Shown: piece after piece, positions 41,839-53,976 of the stretch
Layout of the letters: every line of letters starts with the position of its first letter
Position numbering within the stretch: position 1 is the stretch's first letter
IMG/VR virus record: IMGVR_UViG_3300001528_000136
Location: 1-58,905 of that record
Length of the DNA: 58,905 nucleotides
Strand: one strand, 5' to 3'
Origin: a virus
Taxonomy: Duplodnaviria; Heunggongvirae; Uroviricota; Caudoviricetes
Notes under the pieces: generated by a model
The model's input: the letters and a program-made list of their open reading frames with translations, nothing else
Database searches by the model: none
Told to the model about the DNA's origin: nothing
Program-made: the position numbers and the translations under genes

Positions 41839-44800
41839 ATGAATATAATATTTAACCCTCTTAGCAATAAAGCCTTAACTGAAAGTCAGTTAAAAGGTAA
41901 TGATGATATTATATTTGACCTCTCTGGGAATAATATATTTGCCAAGGGGGTTAAATTTTATGGTACAGATACACATGTAGAAATACTGGATGTTTTAAAT
42001 TCAAATAGAACAGATGCAGCACTTTCTGCAAATATGGGGCAAGTTCTTAATTTAACTAAAGTCCCATATAATAATACTAGTAAGGAAAATGATTATCCTA
42101 GTTAGATTGGTACTATAGTATGTCCTACTAATAAAACAAGACAAGATGATGTTCCTACTAATGATGGAGTATTATTTAAAAGTAACACAGGTAATTTATG
42201 TGATTTCTGGATAAGTAGTGATGATAATTATTTATATAAAAGAATAAATTCAGGTAATTGGGAAAAGGTATATGCAGGATATGCTGATAAGGTAGATTGG
42301 AATAATATAATTAATGCTCCTACTATTACTGAAGTTAATGCAACATTATGGGGTAATGAATTTACAGGTGTTGAAAATATAAGTAACTCTTTATATTTAG
42401 AAGATGGTACTTAGATATTTATAAAAAATACTGAAATTATTGATTACTCTGGAACTATTTTGTATTTAGGTTATGGCACCAAAAATAAAACTGGTAATAT
42501 TACTAATATATATGCTGGTAATACTCTTAAATTAATTATTGGAGATTCAAATAAAGTAAGTGTAACTAATTCAGCTGTAAATATTAATCCCTATTTATAT
42601 GCTAATAATACAGCTAATATATCAGGAGGATTATATCTATCTAGTTATAAAATAGGAACCTTAAATAATTCTGTTTAGTATTATACTGACCCGTGGTCTA
42701 ATTCAGGAGCTGAATTTAGATTTAGTGGTAGTATTGCTGCTAAAAAAGTATACGCTTCAGGAGGATTTTGGCACCCTGATTATGATAGTACTACAGGAGA
42801 AACATACTTACTAACTGCTAATGGTGATACCACTACAGTTAGCACTATTAAATAGAGTACTTACATAAGACAAAACAATGATAACAAAAACTTTCCATTA
42901 ATATTTACGGATGAAGCTAATGATGAATCTAAGTATAATTCTTGGCTACTTAAAAATTATAATAAATTAACTTTCAATCCATTAAGTTCTAATTTAAGTC
43001 TTTATGGTGATTATGCTACACTAGATATTGACGGTTATTAGAGTAAAATAAATTTAGGAGCTAATAGCAATAGTTCAACTCTGTATATTGGAGGTATGAA
43101 AAATGCTGCTATCAACACTTATTCTAATGGATATAGAGCTTGGATTAGTGGTTCTACATATAGTGGAAGAATTAGTATAGGTAGCTTTGGTGATGCTACC
43201 AGTGGAACTGATGGATGTTTATACTTTGTTTATGCTACCACAGAAAACATCAATTCTAGTAATAACGTAGTGTCTAGTAGTATTTATATTAATGCTAAAG
43301 ATAAAGTTATAAATAGTACTTATTTTTCAGGGTATTCATATACAGCTACTGGAGGTTATCATTTACAAAGAAATGGTTCAGATGTAATTAATAGTGTGAT
43401 TAGGACTGATGGTTCATATTATTAGACTACCAACACTACTTATTATGCAGCACATACTTGGGGTTGTATTCCAATAATAACAAATGATGGTGTTATGGAA
43501 GTTGGTAAATATATAGATTTCCATAATGATAATACTAGTGCAGTAGACTATTCTTCAAGACTTCAAACAGATGGAAATTATAATAATACTGTATTAATGC
43601 CTACAAAGGATGGTAGATTATTAGTAGAATCTGACTTAGAAGATGCAGGTATGAATGAATAGATTATTAATCTTCATCCTTATAATTGTACTTGGGATAG
43701 TGCTAGTAAAGTATGGAAATCTGGATATAGTTATGATGAGAATACATGGTATCCTATTGAAATACAATTAGATAGAGCATGGAAGGTTAATTATCCAGTA
43801 GTAAGAGGTGAAATACTTGCTTATCTGGATGCAGGTTATACTAATAGTTCAGGTACTTGGATACAAGTTGGTAGTTCTAGTTGTTCATGGATGACACATG
43901 ATGCAGGATTTAGTTCTAGAATAGTGTTCGAAACATAGGGTTCAAGATGGGGAACAGTTCCTAACAACATATTAAGAGTACAAGATGCTAATCAATCTTG
44001 GTGTAAGGTTAATCCTGTTAGAAATATAGTTTAGGATTATAGATCTTCATCTGTAGTAGTATGGTGTAGAGGTTATGGATAGTATAGATTTAGATTTAAT
44101 TATTCTCATATAAAAGTAGTTGTTCATACTAGCACTTTTTATTTAGGTAGTTCTGACAATACTTACTCTACATATTAGTGTAGTCCAATTATAAATGATA
44201 CCTCTTTGACTTCCTGGAGATCTACATATGATGCTTTAAATGCAAAATTACCTGAAATTAAACCTACTTTAGGATATTGGGCAAATGTAGCTGTATCTAA
44301 TTATCCTAATAGTTAGACTGCTCCAACATTTTATACTTGTTGGGCAGAAAACATGTTTAGAAGTAAAGGACAAACAGGATGGTATAATGATACCTATGCC
44401 GATGGAATAGTTATGAGATAGTCTAATTGGATTGAGACTTGGGCTGGTGCAAATATTTTTACGAGTGGTGCTATGTCTGCTGGTAAATTATTAGTAGGCT
44501 ATAATCATTCTAATAGTACTAGTTATGATTTAGACATAAATAATACTAATGGTAGTAGATTTTGTGGTCCCATTCTCACTACTTATGGGACTTTGTTAGC
44601 AAATAAACCATCTATAGATTTTAGAGGAGGTTCAAGTATAGGATATTGGACTTCTTGGTGTCACCATGAAACAGCAGGGAATGAAGCTTTACTATTTGCT
44701 ACAGAACACCCAAATACAACCATAATGTTTGCTAATAATGTGGCACAGTCAAATATTACTAATACTTTATTTTAGTCAATAACAGCCCCTTTACGTATTC

Positions 44801-45306
44801 AAAGTAATAAAGTGTGGATGGGTTATCCATATGCAGCGGCTCCCAGTTCTAGTTATTTATTAAATGTTGCCGGTGGTATTGCTACTGATACAATGTATGT
44901 TGCCGGTGGTATTGCTACTGATACAATGTATGCTGCAGATAAAATTACTTCAAAAGGTTTTTATTTAAGTAGTTATGCTACCCTTAATTATTTACTAACC
45001 ACTAATGGAAGCTGTATGTCAGTTTCCACTGACTCTACTGCATATTCTAAATGTATACAAATAGGTAATATGGTATGGATATACATTAATTATTCTAATT
45101 TTGGAAATAGTTCTTATTATGTTATACCTCCTGATATATCAGCACCAACTTCAGAAGTGAGAGTTTTCGGATATGTTGCTGGTAGAGGAAATTGGGATAA
45201 ATTTAGAATAGGAACTTTTAGAATTAGTTCTGGAAGTAGGTATTTAACTTATGTAGAAGGCGATACGGGAGTTAGTATATGTTCAACTATTTGTTATTAC
45301 GTTTAA
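41839..45306 (+). CDS. long tail fibre/receptor-binding protein (1155 aa, TAG=Gln)
   Basis: Five track fragments in one frame; ALSANMGQVL, LWGNEFTG, MEVGKYIDFH...DYSSRL and FRSKGQTGWYNDTY are fibre motifs. Confidence 0.8.
44864..44929 (+). repeat. perfect 33-bp tandem duplication (VAGGIATDTMY x 2)
   Basis: ATGTTGCCGGTGGTATTGCTACTGATACAATGT at 44864 and 44897. Confidence 0.95.
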
Positions 45307-45373
45307 CAATAATTAACTAAACACACATATAAATATAATATAACATTATAATGTTAATAAAATATAATGATTT

Positions 45374-45826
45374 ATGATTTTAAATGAAATTTTAACAAGA
45401 CAAAATGTCATCACTAAGATTTTATTATCTCATGGTGATAAAGAACTCCCTAAAGAGTTAAAAGTTAAGATAATGAGAATGAGAATGGCTTATAGCAAGA
45501 TTAAAAAACAATTTGATGAAGATACACAAGAGTTTAGTAAACAAATTGTTTCCGATGAATTAAAAGATTTAGCTAATAAACCAGATAAATCTCCAGAAGA
45601 ACTAAAAAAGTTTAATGAGCTTAACTCTAAAGCCAATTCAGAATATCAAGAATATTTAATTCAAAAAGGTAAAGAAGAAGTTAAAGATTTTACTGATGTG
45701 AATTTATCAGAAGATGAATATGCTGATATTCTTGATATTAATTCTGATGGAGAATATGAGGTTAATGGTCAAAAGATTAAAGCAGCAGATTTAATGGAAG
45801 CTGTTTATGAATTATTTGTTCACTAA
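45374..45826 (+). CDS. hypothetical protein (150 aa), possible fibre assembly chaperone
   Basis: ORF track; TAG-free; follows the fibre gene. Confidence 0.8.
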   Translation: MILNEILTRQNVITKILLSHGDKELPKELKVKIMRMRMAYSKIKKQFDEDTQEFSKQIVSDELKDLANKPDKSPEELKKFNELNSKANSEYQEYLIQKGKEEVKDFTDVNLSEDEYADILDINSDGEYEVNGQKIKAADLMEAVYELFVH

Positions 45827-45843
45827 TTAGTATAGTTAATTAA

Positions 45844-46128
45844 ATGGATATAACTAAACAAAGTGAAAATTATGTAATCAATGACACTTACGAAGATTGG
45901 ACTATAACAGGTAATTTAACTAAAGATAGTGTTGGTTCTGTTAATGTTAATTATTCTATTAACACAGAATTATCTCACGTAGGAGATTTTCGTTATAGTT
46001 TAAGTTCTTCTAAGAATGTTTATATTACATATGAAGCACAAGAAGAATATTTAGATAAAGTAAAGGAATATTCAGAACAAGCTCTAGCTAAAGTTAAGGA
46101 ATATTTAAGTAATACTACAGTAGCTTAA
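45844..46128 (+). CDS. hypothetical protein (94 aa)
   Basis: ORF track. Confidence 0.75.
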   Translation: MDITKQSENYVINDTYEDWTITGNLTKDSVGSVNVNYSINTELSHVGDFRYSLSSSKNVYITYEAQEEYLDKVKEYSEQALAKVKEYLSNTTVA

Positions 46129-46192
46129 TTAGTATCTTCTTTAATTATTAATTTAATTTTATTAGGGACATTATTAAATAATAAATAAAGAT

Positions 46193-46495
46193 ATGCTTAG
46201 TATTATAAAAAACTTACTACAATAGATAATTAATGATATAGATAGTAACAATACTAACCTTACTTATGAAGATTAGGTAAAAGCCTTACGATTTATTTAG
46301 AATATGATAGATAAAAATTGCAGAATGAGTAAAATGTAGGCTTGTGATTATTTAGGTGTTAGTAGAGCTACTTTCGACAACTATGTTAAGGATGGATGGA
46401 TTCCAAGAGGTGAGAAGTAGGATGGTTTTAAGGAGTTATCTTGGATGAAGTCAGACCTTGACATTTATTTAAATACTTAGAAAGCGTCTAAGTAA
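46193..46495 (+). CDS. excisionase/MerR-type HTH DNA-binding protein (100 aa, TAG=Gln)
   Basis: MSKM(Q)ACDYLGVSRATFDNYVKDGWIPRG...W.KSDLD. Confidence 0.75.
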
Positions 46496-46506
46496 TGTTT
46501 TTAATT

Positions 46507-46569
46507 AGAGAAAGGTTAATTAAAGGTTAATATCAATTGGTATTATTTTTAGTTAATCTTTCTCTTTTT
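46507..46569 (+). terminator. long hairpin with T-run
   Basis: AGAGAAAGGTTAATTAAA...TTTAGTTAATCTTTCTCT-TTTT. Confidence 0.5.
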
Positions 46570-46667
46570 ATTTTTAGTAACTTCCTATAATTTAGAATTT
46601 AAGGTGTATAGTTAATTAGTTCTAGAACAATTATAGATAATTAACTAAACTTTAAATCTAATAATCA

Positions 46668-47633
46668 ATGAGTGATACAAAAACTTATGTTGTTCCAGAT
46701 AATCTTACTGGTAATAACGATAATTTAGCTACTATGGCTATGATGAGTAATGGAGCATTTGGTAATGGTATGTGGAATAACCCCATGATGTACCTCGTAT
46801 GGATGTATGTTATGCGGTGGATGAATAATGGTGATTGGAATAATAATTCTGATCCTGCCGTACAGAGATAGCTTCAAACTCTTCAAGACTAGATGCAAGA
46901 TAATCATAATTCAGATTTAATTATGTAGGCTATTAAAGGTAATGGTCAAGCTTTACAAGATGCAGCTACTAGAATGGGTTGTGATATAAATGCTTTACAA
47001 TCAGCTATTCAGAGTGTTCAGTCTAGTATTTAGACCGTAGGTAGTCAAGTTGGATTCTCTTCTGAACGCATAATTAATGCAGTTAATTAGGGAGATTCTA
47101 GTGTTATACAAGCCCTTAATAATTGTTGCTGCTAGACTAATTAGAATATCACTAAGATGGGTTATGAAAGCCAGATTCAGAATCAAAATCAGACTTATCA
47201 GTTAACTAGTTAGATACATGATGTAAATAATACTATTCAAAACGGATTTCGTGATACTAATTATGCTACTTAGCAATAGACTTGCTCTTTATAGAATACA
47301 ATTAAAGATACAAGTACTATTAATACTAATGCTATTTTAGCTAAGTTAGATGCTATTAATACTCAGGCTTTACAGGATAAGATTGAATCTTTACGTGAGA
47401 GAAACAGTGAATAGGCTACGGTTATTAATAATGCTCAGTAGAGTGCATTGTTTGGTCAAATGATTAATGCAGCTGTAACTCCTATTAATAGTACTTTGGC
47501 TAGCTTATCTAAAGAGGTGGATGGAATACAATGTAAGCTCCCTAATACAGTCACACTCCCTTACAGTTGTGCTACTGCGGTTCCAACATCATTAGCTTAC
47601 AATCTTTATGGCAATTATGGTGCTTGGGCATAA
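46668..47633 (+). CDS. Gln/Asn-rich coiled-coil protein with a CCC motif (321 aa, TAG=Gln)
   Basis: Track fragments 46668 and 47448 are in frame; NCCC(Q)T, MGYESQI and ILAKLD. Confidence 0.8.
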
Positions 47634-47647
47634 GAAAGGAGGTAATT

Positions 47648-47977
47648 ATGGTATTATTAAATCCTTACTTTTATGCAAATAAGCAAGGTATTCCTAGACT
47701 AGAAGCTGAAACAATAACTCTTACTACAGATGCCGCTACTTTTAACTTTGGTAATCACAGATATTTAAATATACCTTACTCTGGTCTAATTTTATTTAAA
47801 TTACCTAGTTTTACAGCACCTACTACAGCAGTTCCAATTATATTTAATACTAATGGTAAGACCCAAGCTCTTACTACTTTAGGGGGAGATGCTGTAACTT
47901 CTGCAGAGTTAAATAAAGCAGGAATATATCTTGCATATTATGAGAATAGTACTCTTTAGTTATTAACAGGTATTTAA
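47648..47977 (+). CDS. hypothetical protein (109 aa, TAG=Gln)
   Basis: AGGAGG directly upstream of ATG 47648; ANKQGIPRLE... Confidence 0.75.
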
Positions 47978-47987
47978 TTAATAAATA

Positions 47988-48470
47988 ATGGCATTTTCTA
48001 ATTTACGAAACAGTAATTAGCTGTTTATATTACATAAAGATTCAATACCAACATTAGAAATAGGTAAGGTGATTAATGTATCACCTCCTATTCCTAAATA
48101 TGGTAATACAGGAATGTATAATCCTGAGATGATAATAGATATTACTGCTGACGTAAATGGAACTTCTACTAATTTCCAGAAACTGCCAGCAAATGGTGAG
48201 ATAGCGGATTTTGGAAATAATATAGTTATATCTTGTAATAAAGATGCTATGAATAATGAGATATAGGCTATGAAACAACGTAGCTTAGATATAGTTAATA
48301 GTATTGAATTACATAGAAATATAATTAAAGGATGTGATGACATTATATCTTAGTTAAATCCAGAAATTAAAGAGAAGTAGAGATAGGAAGAAGAAAATAA
48401 AGCTTTAAGAGAGGAAGTTAATTCTCTAAAGGAAATGTTTAAAGAATTTTTAAAGACATGGCAACAATAA
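47988..48470 (+). CDS. hypothetical protein (160 aa, TAG=Gln)
   Basis: MAFSNLRNSN(Q)LFILHK...; includes track fragment 48069. Confidence 0.75.
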
Positions 48471-48664
48471 TTGAAGTTCAGGATACCAAATTGGAGAATC
48501 TTACTGAGTATGTTGAGAAAATGCTTACTTATGGAGGTAAGTTAATGCACTGCTTAGAAGATATGAAAGATAATAAGTATGAAGAGAAATATGGAAGACG
48601 TAAAGATATGTATAGATACCCAAGAGAAGAATATAGAGATTCTGACTATAATAGATACTATTAA
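48458..48664 (+). CDS. hypothetical protein (68 aa)
   Basis: ORF track; Arg/Tyr-rich tail. Confidence 0.75.
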   Translation: MATIIEVQDTKLENLTEYVEKMLTYGGKLMHCLEDMKDNKYEEKYGRRKDMYRYPREEYRDSDYNRYY

Positions 48665-48666
48665 TT

Positions 48667-49068
48667 ATGAGACCTTCTTTAGATAGTAATGATTAGATGC
48701 CTAAATACATGAGAAGATATTTAGCTAATTATGGATGGCATTTTAATAAAGCATTATGTAATTATGCTGTATCTCTTATGAGAAAGGATGGAAATCCATT
48801 AGAACCAATATCTAAAGAATACGTAGATAAAGTGCTAGAGTAGTATAATATCCGTCTATAGAATAATGTAGGACATGACTATGTATTTGTAGCTAATATG
48901 TGTAAAGCTGATTACTATGGAAGTAGTATAACAGATGAAAAGCACTTTGCTCTTTACATACAAGACACAATAGATGATGAAGATGCAGGAGATGGAACTA
49001 CTTTGAGACGCTGGTATGCTACTATGGTATCTAATGGGATAATGGTAGATTGGGAAGAATTTATATGA
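48667..49068 (+). CDS. conserved hypothetical protein (133 aa, TAG=Gln)
   Basis: YLANYGWHFNK...DYVFVANMCKADY...IDDED...RWYA. Confidence 0.75.
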
Positions 49069-49454
49069 TTTATAGTGAAACTTATTTAAATAAATATGAT
49101 TGGACTATTTAGTTATATATTCTAACTAGTAGAGATACTTAGAAACATGTATATGATATTCTTAATTAGATAGATATATGTGATAAATAGAAATAGCATA
49201 TACTAAATAAATTTATTAATTTTGTGGATTATGGTTCTGTAATACATGATATAGAAAGTAAAACAAGTATAGTATTTATAGGATAGTAGTCTAAAATAAT
49301 ATCTTATATGGATACTATATCACATGAAAAGAATCATATTGAAATATGTATATGTAATTAGTTAGGAATAAGTCCAGAATCAGAAGAAGCTGCTTATTTA
49401 AGTGGTTATATGACAGTTAAACTTCTAAATCCAGATATGTTTAAACTTATTTAA
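49065..49454 (+). CDS. HExxH-containing protein (129 aa, TAG=Gln)
   Basis: ISHEKNH...SEEAAYLSG zincin-like pattern. Confidence 0.65.
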
Positions 49455-49466
49455 ATAGTTAATCAC

Positions 49467-49507
49467 AATAGGAGAATTTTCTTTAATTAGAGAGTTCTCC
49501 TATTTTT
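49467..49507 (+). terminator. intrinsic terminator
   Basis: AATAGGAGAA...TTCTCCTATT stem followed by a T-run. Confidence 0.7.
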
Positions 49508-49510
49508 GTT

Positions 49511-49541
49511 TTTGCACAACAATAAAGACTACTTATACTTG
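49511..49541 (+). promoter_or_regulatory. Bacteroidota-type promoter candidate upstream of the endolysin
   Basis: TTTG-N19-TATACTTG, one mismatch to TTTG-N19..21-TAnnTTTG. Confidence 0.4.
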
Positions 49542-49568
49542 TTAAGTAAATATAAAATAATATAAATT

Positions 49569-49976
49569 ATGGGAAAATATTTTAATATTGCTGAACTAAC
49601 TAAGAGTTCTACAGCAATTAAAAAGAAAATTGATAATACTCCTACTAAGGAAATTGAGAATAATCTTAATTAGTTAATAGATAATATTTTAGACCCACTC
49701 AGAGAAGCTTGGGGTAATCCAATTATAGTAGGTAGTGGATATAGATGTGATGCTTTAAATAAAGCTGTAGGTGGAGTTAGTTCTAGCCAACATCGTTTAG
49801 GACAAGCTGCTGATATTCACACTAAATCTGATTCTAAAGAAGATAATAAAAAATTATTTGAGCTTATTAAATCATTAAAACTACCTTTTGATTAGTTAAT
49901 TAATGAATATAATTACGATTGGATTCATGTAAGTTATTCTCCTAGAAATAGAAGACAAATTTTAAACATTAAATAA
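49569..49976 (+). CDS. endolysin, peptidase M15 family (135 aa, TAG=Gln)
   Basis: LDPLREAWG.PI..SGYRC..LNKAVGG...SQH..GQAADI...FD(Q)LINE...WIHVS; two in-frame TAG. Confidence 0.9.
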
Positions 49977-49990
49977 TATTTATTTGAAAT

Positions 49991-52030
49991 ATGACTCAAC
50001 TTTTTGGTAAAAACTATTAGGAGACAGGCAAGTCTTCATCCCCACTATTACTAAGAAGTAATGGAGAAATTAAATTATAGTGGGGAAATAAATTTATAGA
50101 CCTAATTAAAAATGGAAAACTAAATAGTCAATCTGAGAATATACTATTTACTGTATCTGGTAAAGATGATATAAATAAAGACGGCATTTATTTAGTTACA
50201 GAAGACAATTCTATATGGTTTAGTTTAAATGGTACTATTCTGTAGTTATCTGATTCTGGTACTACTTATGTATCCTATATGACAGAATAGGAAACTACTG
50301 CTGAATAGAAATATCAGGCACTAACTAATATAGGATTTTATTACAAGACACTTGAAGAAGCACAACAAGCTAATTTAACTTCTGGTATTATATATAATGA
50401 GGGAGACAATTCTTTATATTATATAAAAGATAATGTTTTAACCAAATATTATACTGAACACATTAAATCAGATTCTAATAATACTTTTGAAGAGCTTTTT
50501 ATCTCTGATATGCATATTTATAAAAATGGAGATATGTATATTAATAATAATAATGATTCTATTATTCGTTTTCAACAAAGTTCTGTAAATATACTTAAAA
50601 AACTTGTTCCTTAGAAAGACATATACTCCTATGATTATGAAGTTAATAAAGGATATGCTTTGTATGAAACTAATACTAAGTCTATATTAGAAGTAGATTC
50701 TATAAATTGGAGAAATATTGATAATGAACTTCCTACAATGGAATCTGTAATTGATGAAAAAATTAACTATAATACTCCAAATATAATAAGAAATTGTGAA
50801 CTCACAGAATCTGATGAAATAAAAGGATTCCTTAAATATACTAATGAGTTTAAAATAGGAGACTATATATACTTAGCTTTAGATGTTGATTATTATACTT
50901 ATGTAGTCAGTATTACTGACACTAATTTAAATATTAATTAGACTGTTCCAGAGGGCTACACTCTTATTGTTTACAACACTAATGGTGATAAATACTCTTT
51001 TACAGGAGAAGATACTTCCATTGATTCTTTTTAGGGTACTTATTCTAAGGCAGAAATGTTTTATAATGATAGGGTACAATCACAATTTAAAATTGTTTTT
51101 GGTAATAATGCAAATCCTAAGAAATAGTTAATTGAGTTTAAAATATTAGATATTAACTAGGAAGATAACTCTATAGTATTTAGTGTAGAGGACTAGAATT
51201 TAAGAAATTCTATTATTGATAATTGTTATAATTCTAGAATTGCTTTATCTAGACCTAGTTCTCTTTATTTAGAAAATAATGCTTTAACTCTTAAAGAGAG
51301 AGTTGAAGAAAAAAATGAATTAACTGATAAGATTAATATAGTTGATATTATTCATACTAAAATAGGAGAAGTATCTGAAAAAGAATTTGATAATTAGTTA
51401 AATTCTAAATAGGAAAAATCAAATGTTGGTATTTATTCTGATAATTTAATAGGATTAAATCCTATACTATATAATAGTGTATTTAAGGGAGATTATCCTA
51501 AATATACTGGTAAAGTTCCCGAAAAACTTTTGGATTAGACTAATAACTAGAACCTAATTAATTTAGAATGGTTTAAATAGTTATATAATTAGTTAGTTCC
51601 AATAGGTACTATTATAATGTTCAATAGTACTTAGAATATTCCAGATGGATGGCATATATGTGACGGCACTAATGGTACTCCTAATTTAATAGGTAAATTT
51701 ATTAAAGCAGGAGAAACTTTAGAAACTAATAATACAGACTTAGATAGCTCTAACTAGTTGACTATCAATGTTTCTAATTTACCAAACCATTCACATAGTA
51801 GTCCATCTTCTAAATAGGAATTTTTAACTAATGCTTATTTAACTAAAGGTACTGGTAATATAAGTGATGCTTTTTATTCAGCTGTAGAAGGAACTGAAAT
51901 TAAAGTTTAGACTTCTTCTGAAAATATATCTGAAAGCGATTCTAAAATAAATTTTGAAAATAAACCTATTAAGGTTGAGCCACATGCTTATTCCTTAATA
52001 TTTATAATGAAATACAAAGATTTAGATTAA
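49991..52030 (+). CDS. tail protein with a C-terminal collar domain (679 aa, TAG=Gln)
   Basis: PIGTIIMF...PDGWHICDGTNGTPNLIGKF...NLPNHSH...EPHAYSLIFIMK. Confidence 0.8.
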
Positions 52031-52055
52031 TTTTTATATTAAATGTAAATGACTT

Positions 52056-53096
52056 ATGGATAATTTTGATGACAAAATGTATGAAGAAGATGAATTTGCA
52101 GAGGATGTTACTGTCTCTGATAATCCACCTTCCCAAGAGCCTCCTAAATAGGATGAACCTCCTGTGACACCTCCTTCTTAGCCTAGTCAATAGACTAATG
52201 AAGAGGATGATATTACAGCAGAAGTTCTTAGGCTGAAAGGTATTAATGACCCTAATAAGATTAAATTTGAAGATACTAGTGGAGCTGTTGTTGAGAGAGC
52301 TTGGGACAGCTTATCTAGAGATGAGTAGATTAGAATACTTGGTGATGTTAAGGAGGAAGCACCAGCTGATATACATGATTAGTTGGATGATTCTGAAATT
52401 GACTTAATTAATTCCATTAGAAATAGTGGAATGAGTGTGCAAGACTATTTAAATAGTATCACACCGACTATTTAGGAACCTTCCGCTTCACCTCAGATAG
52501 ATAAGATGTCAGATGAAGATTTATATGCCTTTGATATTCTAAATAAGGTAGGTTCTGATAATATCACAGATGAGGAGTTGGATGCAGCTATCGAACAAGC
52601 TAAGTCTAATGATAAACTCTTTAAAAAGACTGTAGAAGGACTTAGAACTGACTATTTAAGAAGGGAACAAGAAAATCAAGAGAGATTAATTAATCAACAG
52701 CAATATGCTTAGCAACAACGTTATAATGCGTTTGCTAATGTAGTAAATGGTGAAATTGCTAATTTTAATTCTTTTGGTGGACAAGACCTTCGATTATCAA
52801 ATGATGAAAAAGATGAACTACATGATTTTATGCTTAATCTCGATGAAAATGGAGTAAGTGCTTTAGGTAAATCTCTTCAAAATCCACAAGTACTTACACA
52901 AGTAGCTTTCTGGTTACTCAATGGGGATAAAGTAATGGAAGAAATGTAGAAATAGACTAAAGATGCTTATACAAGAGGTTATAATGCTGGTAAAGGTGGT
53001 ACTAATTTAACTAATAGTATTAAGTCTAAACTAGTACATAGAAAGCCTCAAACTCAATCTAAACAAGATTTTAATTGGGACGAAGATTGGGATTAA
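52056..53096 (+). CDS. acidic scaffold-like protein upstream of the capsid gene (346 aa, TAG=Gln)
   Basis: Very acidic and helical; includes track fragment 52506. Function inferred from position. Confidence 0.7.
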
Positions 53097-53117
53097 TAAT
53101 TTAGTTTAATTAAATTT

Positions 53118-53159
53118 ATGTTAGTAGCAAATTTTGTGACAAATCACGCCACTATGGGT
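53118..53159 (+). CDS. putative major capsid protein, exon 1 (spliced product 473 aa)
   Basis: MLVANFVTNHATMG. The five exons total 42+549+236+459+136 = 1422 nt, or 474 codons including TGA. Confidence 0.75.
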
Positions 53160-53427
53160 AATTTCGAGTGTTGCCCATATACATAAATATATGTTGGTAA
53201 AACCTCTCTAACTGCTAGAAACCTTAGCTACGGGCAATTAGCAACTAAGCTCAATACATGAGAAAGCTCAACGACTATCGAACACCTATTATAGAAGAAA
53301 TTTCTATAAATAGAAGTAAGTAGAGTACACATAAATCGTGGAAATGGGAGGTAATTAGTAAGAGCTAATGTTTTACTAGTTAAAGAAATAGTCTAATCTT
53401 TATGGGAACATAAAGTTAATTAATATG
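53160..53427 (+). mobile_element. group I intron 1 (268 nt, no ORF)
   Basis: P1: exon ATGGGT pairs with GCCCAT (U.G at the splice site). P10: TTCGAGTGTT with GATACTCGAA. P7: GACTA/TAGTC. Terminal G. Confidence 0.88.
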
Positions 53428-53976
53428 GATACTCGAACATATGAAGATTTCAGTAAATTCTTAGGTGAAAGACCTCACCGTTTAGGAGTAGTATCAAGAC
53501 TCTATCCAGAGTTGACTGCTACATTCCTTACTGAGGCATTAAGAAACGTTTATTATGGTGATTCTAAGCCTAGCAAGTTCTAGAGCATAGATTCTACATA
53601 CTTTGAGTGGGAGGTAGAAACCAATTATATTAAACGTATTCCTTTTGCTGCAGAGCCTGTAGGTGATGGTGCTAATGGTTCTGAGATTGAAATGATTTTC
53701 CCTGAGAACTATTATCGTTTACACGAAATCTTCAAAATTGAAAGCACTGGACAGCAATGCTTTGTTGTTTCAGACAGTGTAAGAAAAGCTGATAATATGT
53801 GGTCAGTAATGGTACGTTTGTTGGATGATGATTATTCATCTGTACTTGACACTGATGGTACACATATCGGTGATTATACGTATTTTATCGGTAATGCTAA
53901 GCCAGAATTACATGAGACTGGTTTTGTGAAATATCAGAGCAATATTGAAAGAATGCGTAATTATATGACAACGGTT
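53428..53976 (+). CDS. putative major capsid protein, exon 2
   Basis: DTRTYEDFSKFLGERPHRLG...RMRNYMTTV; single TAG at 53581. Confidence 0.8.

Noticed and set aside
46193-46495. Excisionase implying a prophage
   Set aside because: No integrase, att site or host genes in the window; the HTH alone is insufficient.
13614-53096. Widespread pseudogenisation or frameshifts suggested by the fragmented ORF track
   Set aside because: Fragments of each gene are in one frame and are interrupted only by TAG. This is recoding, not decay.
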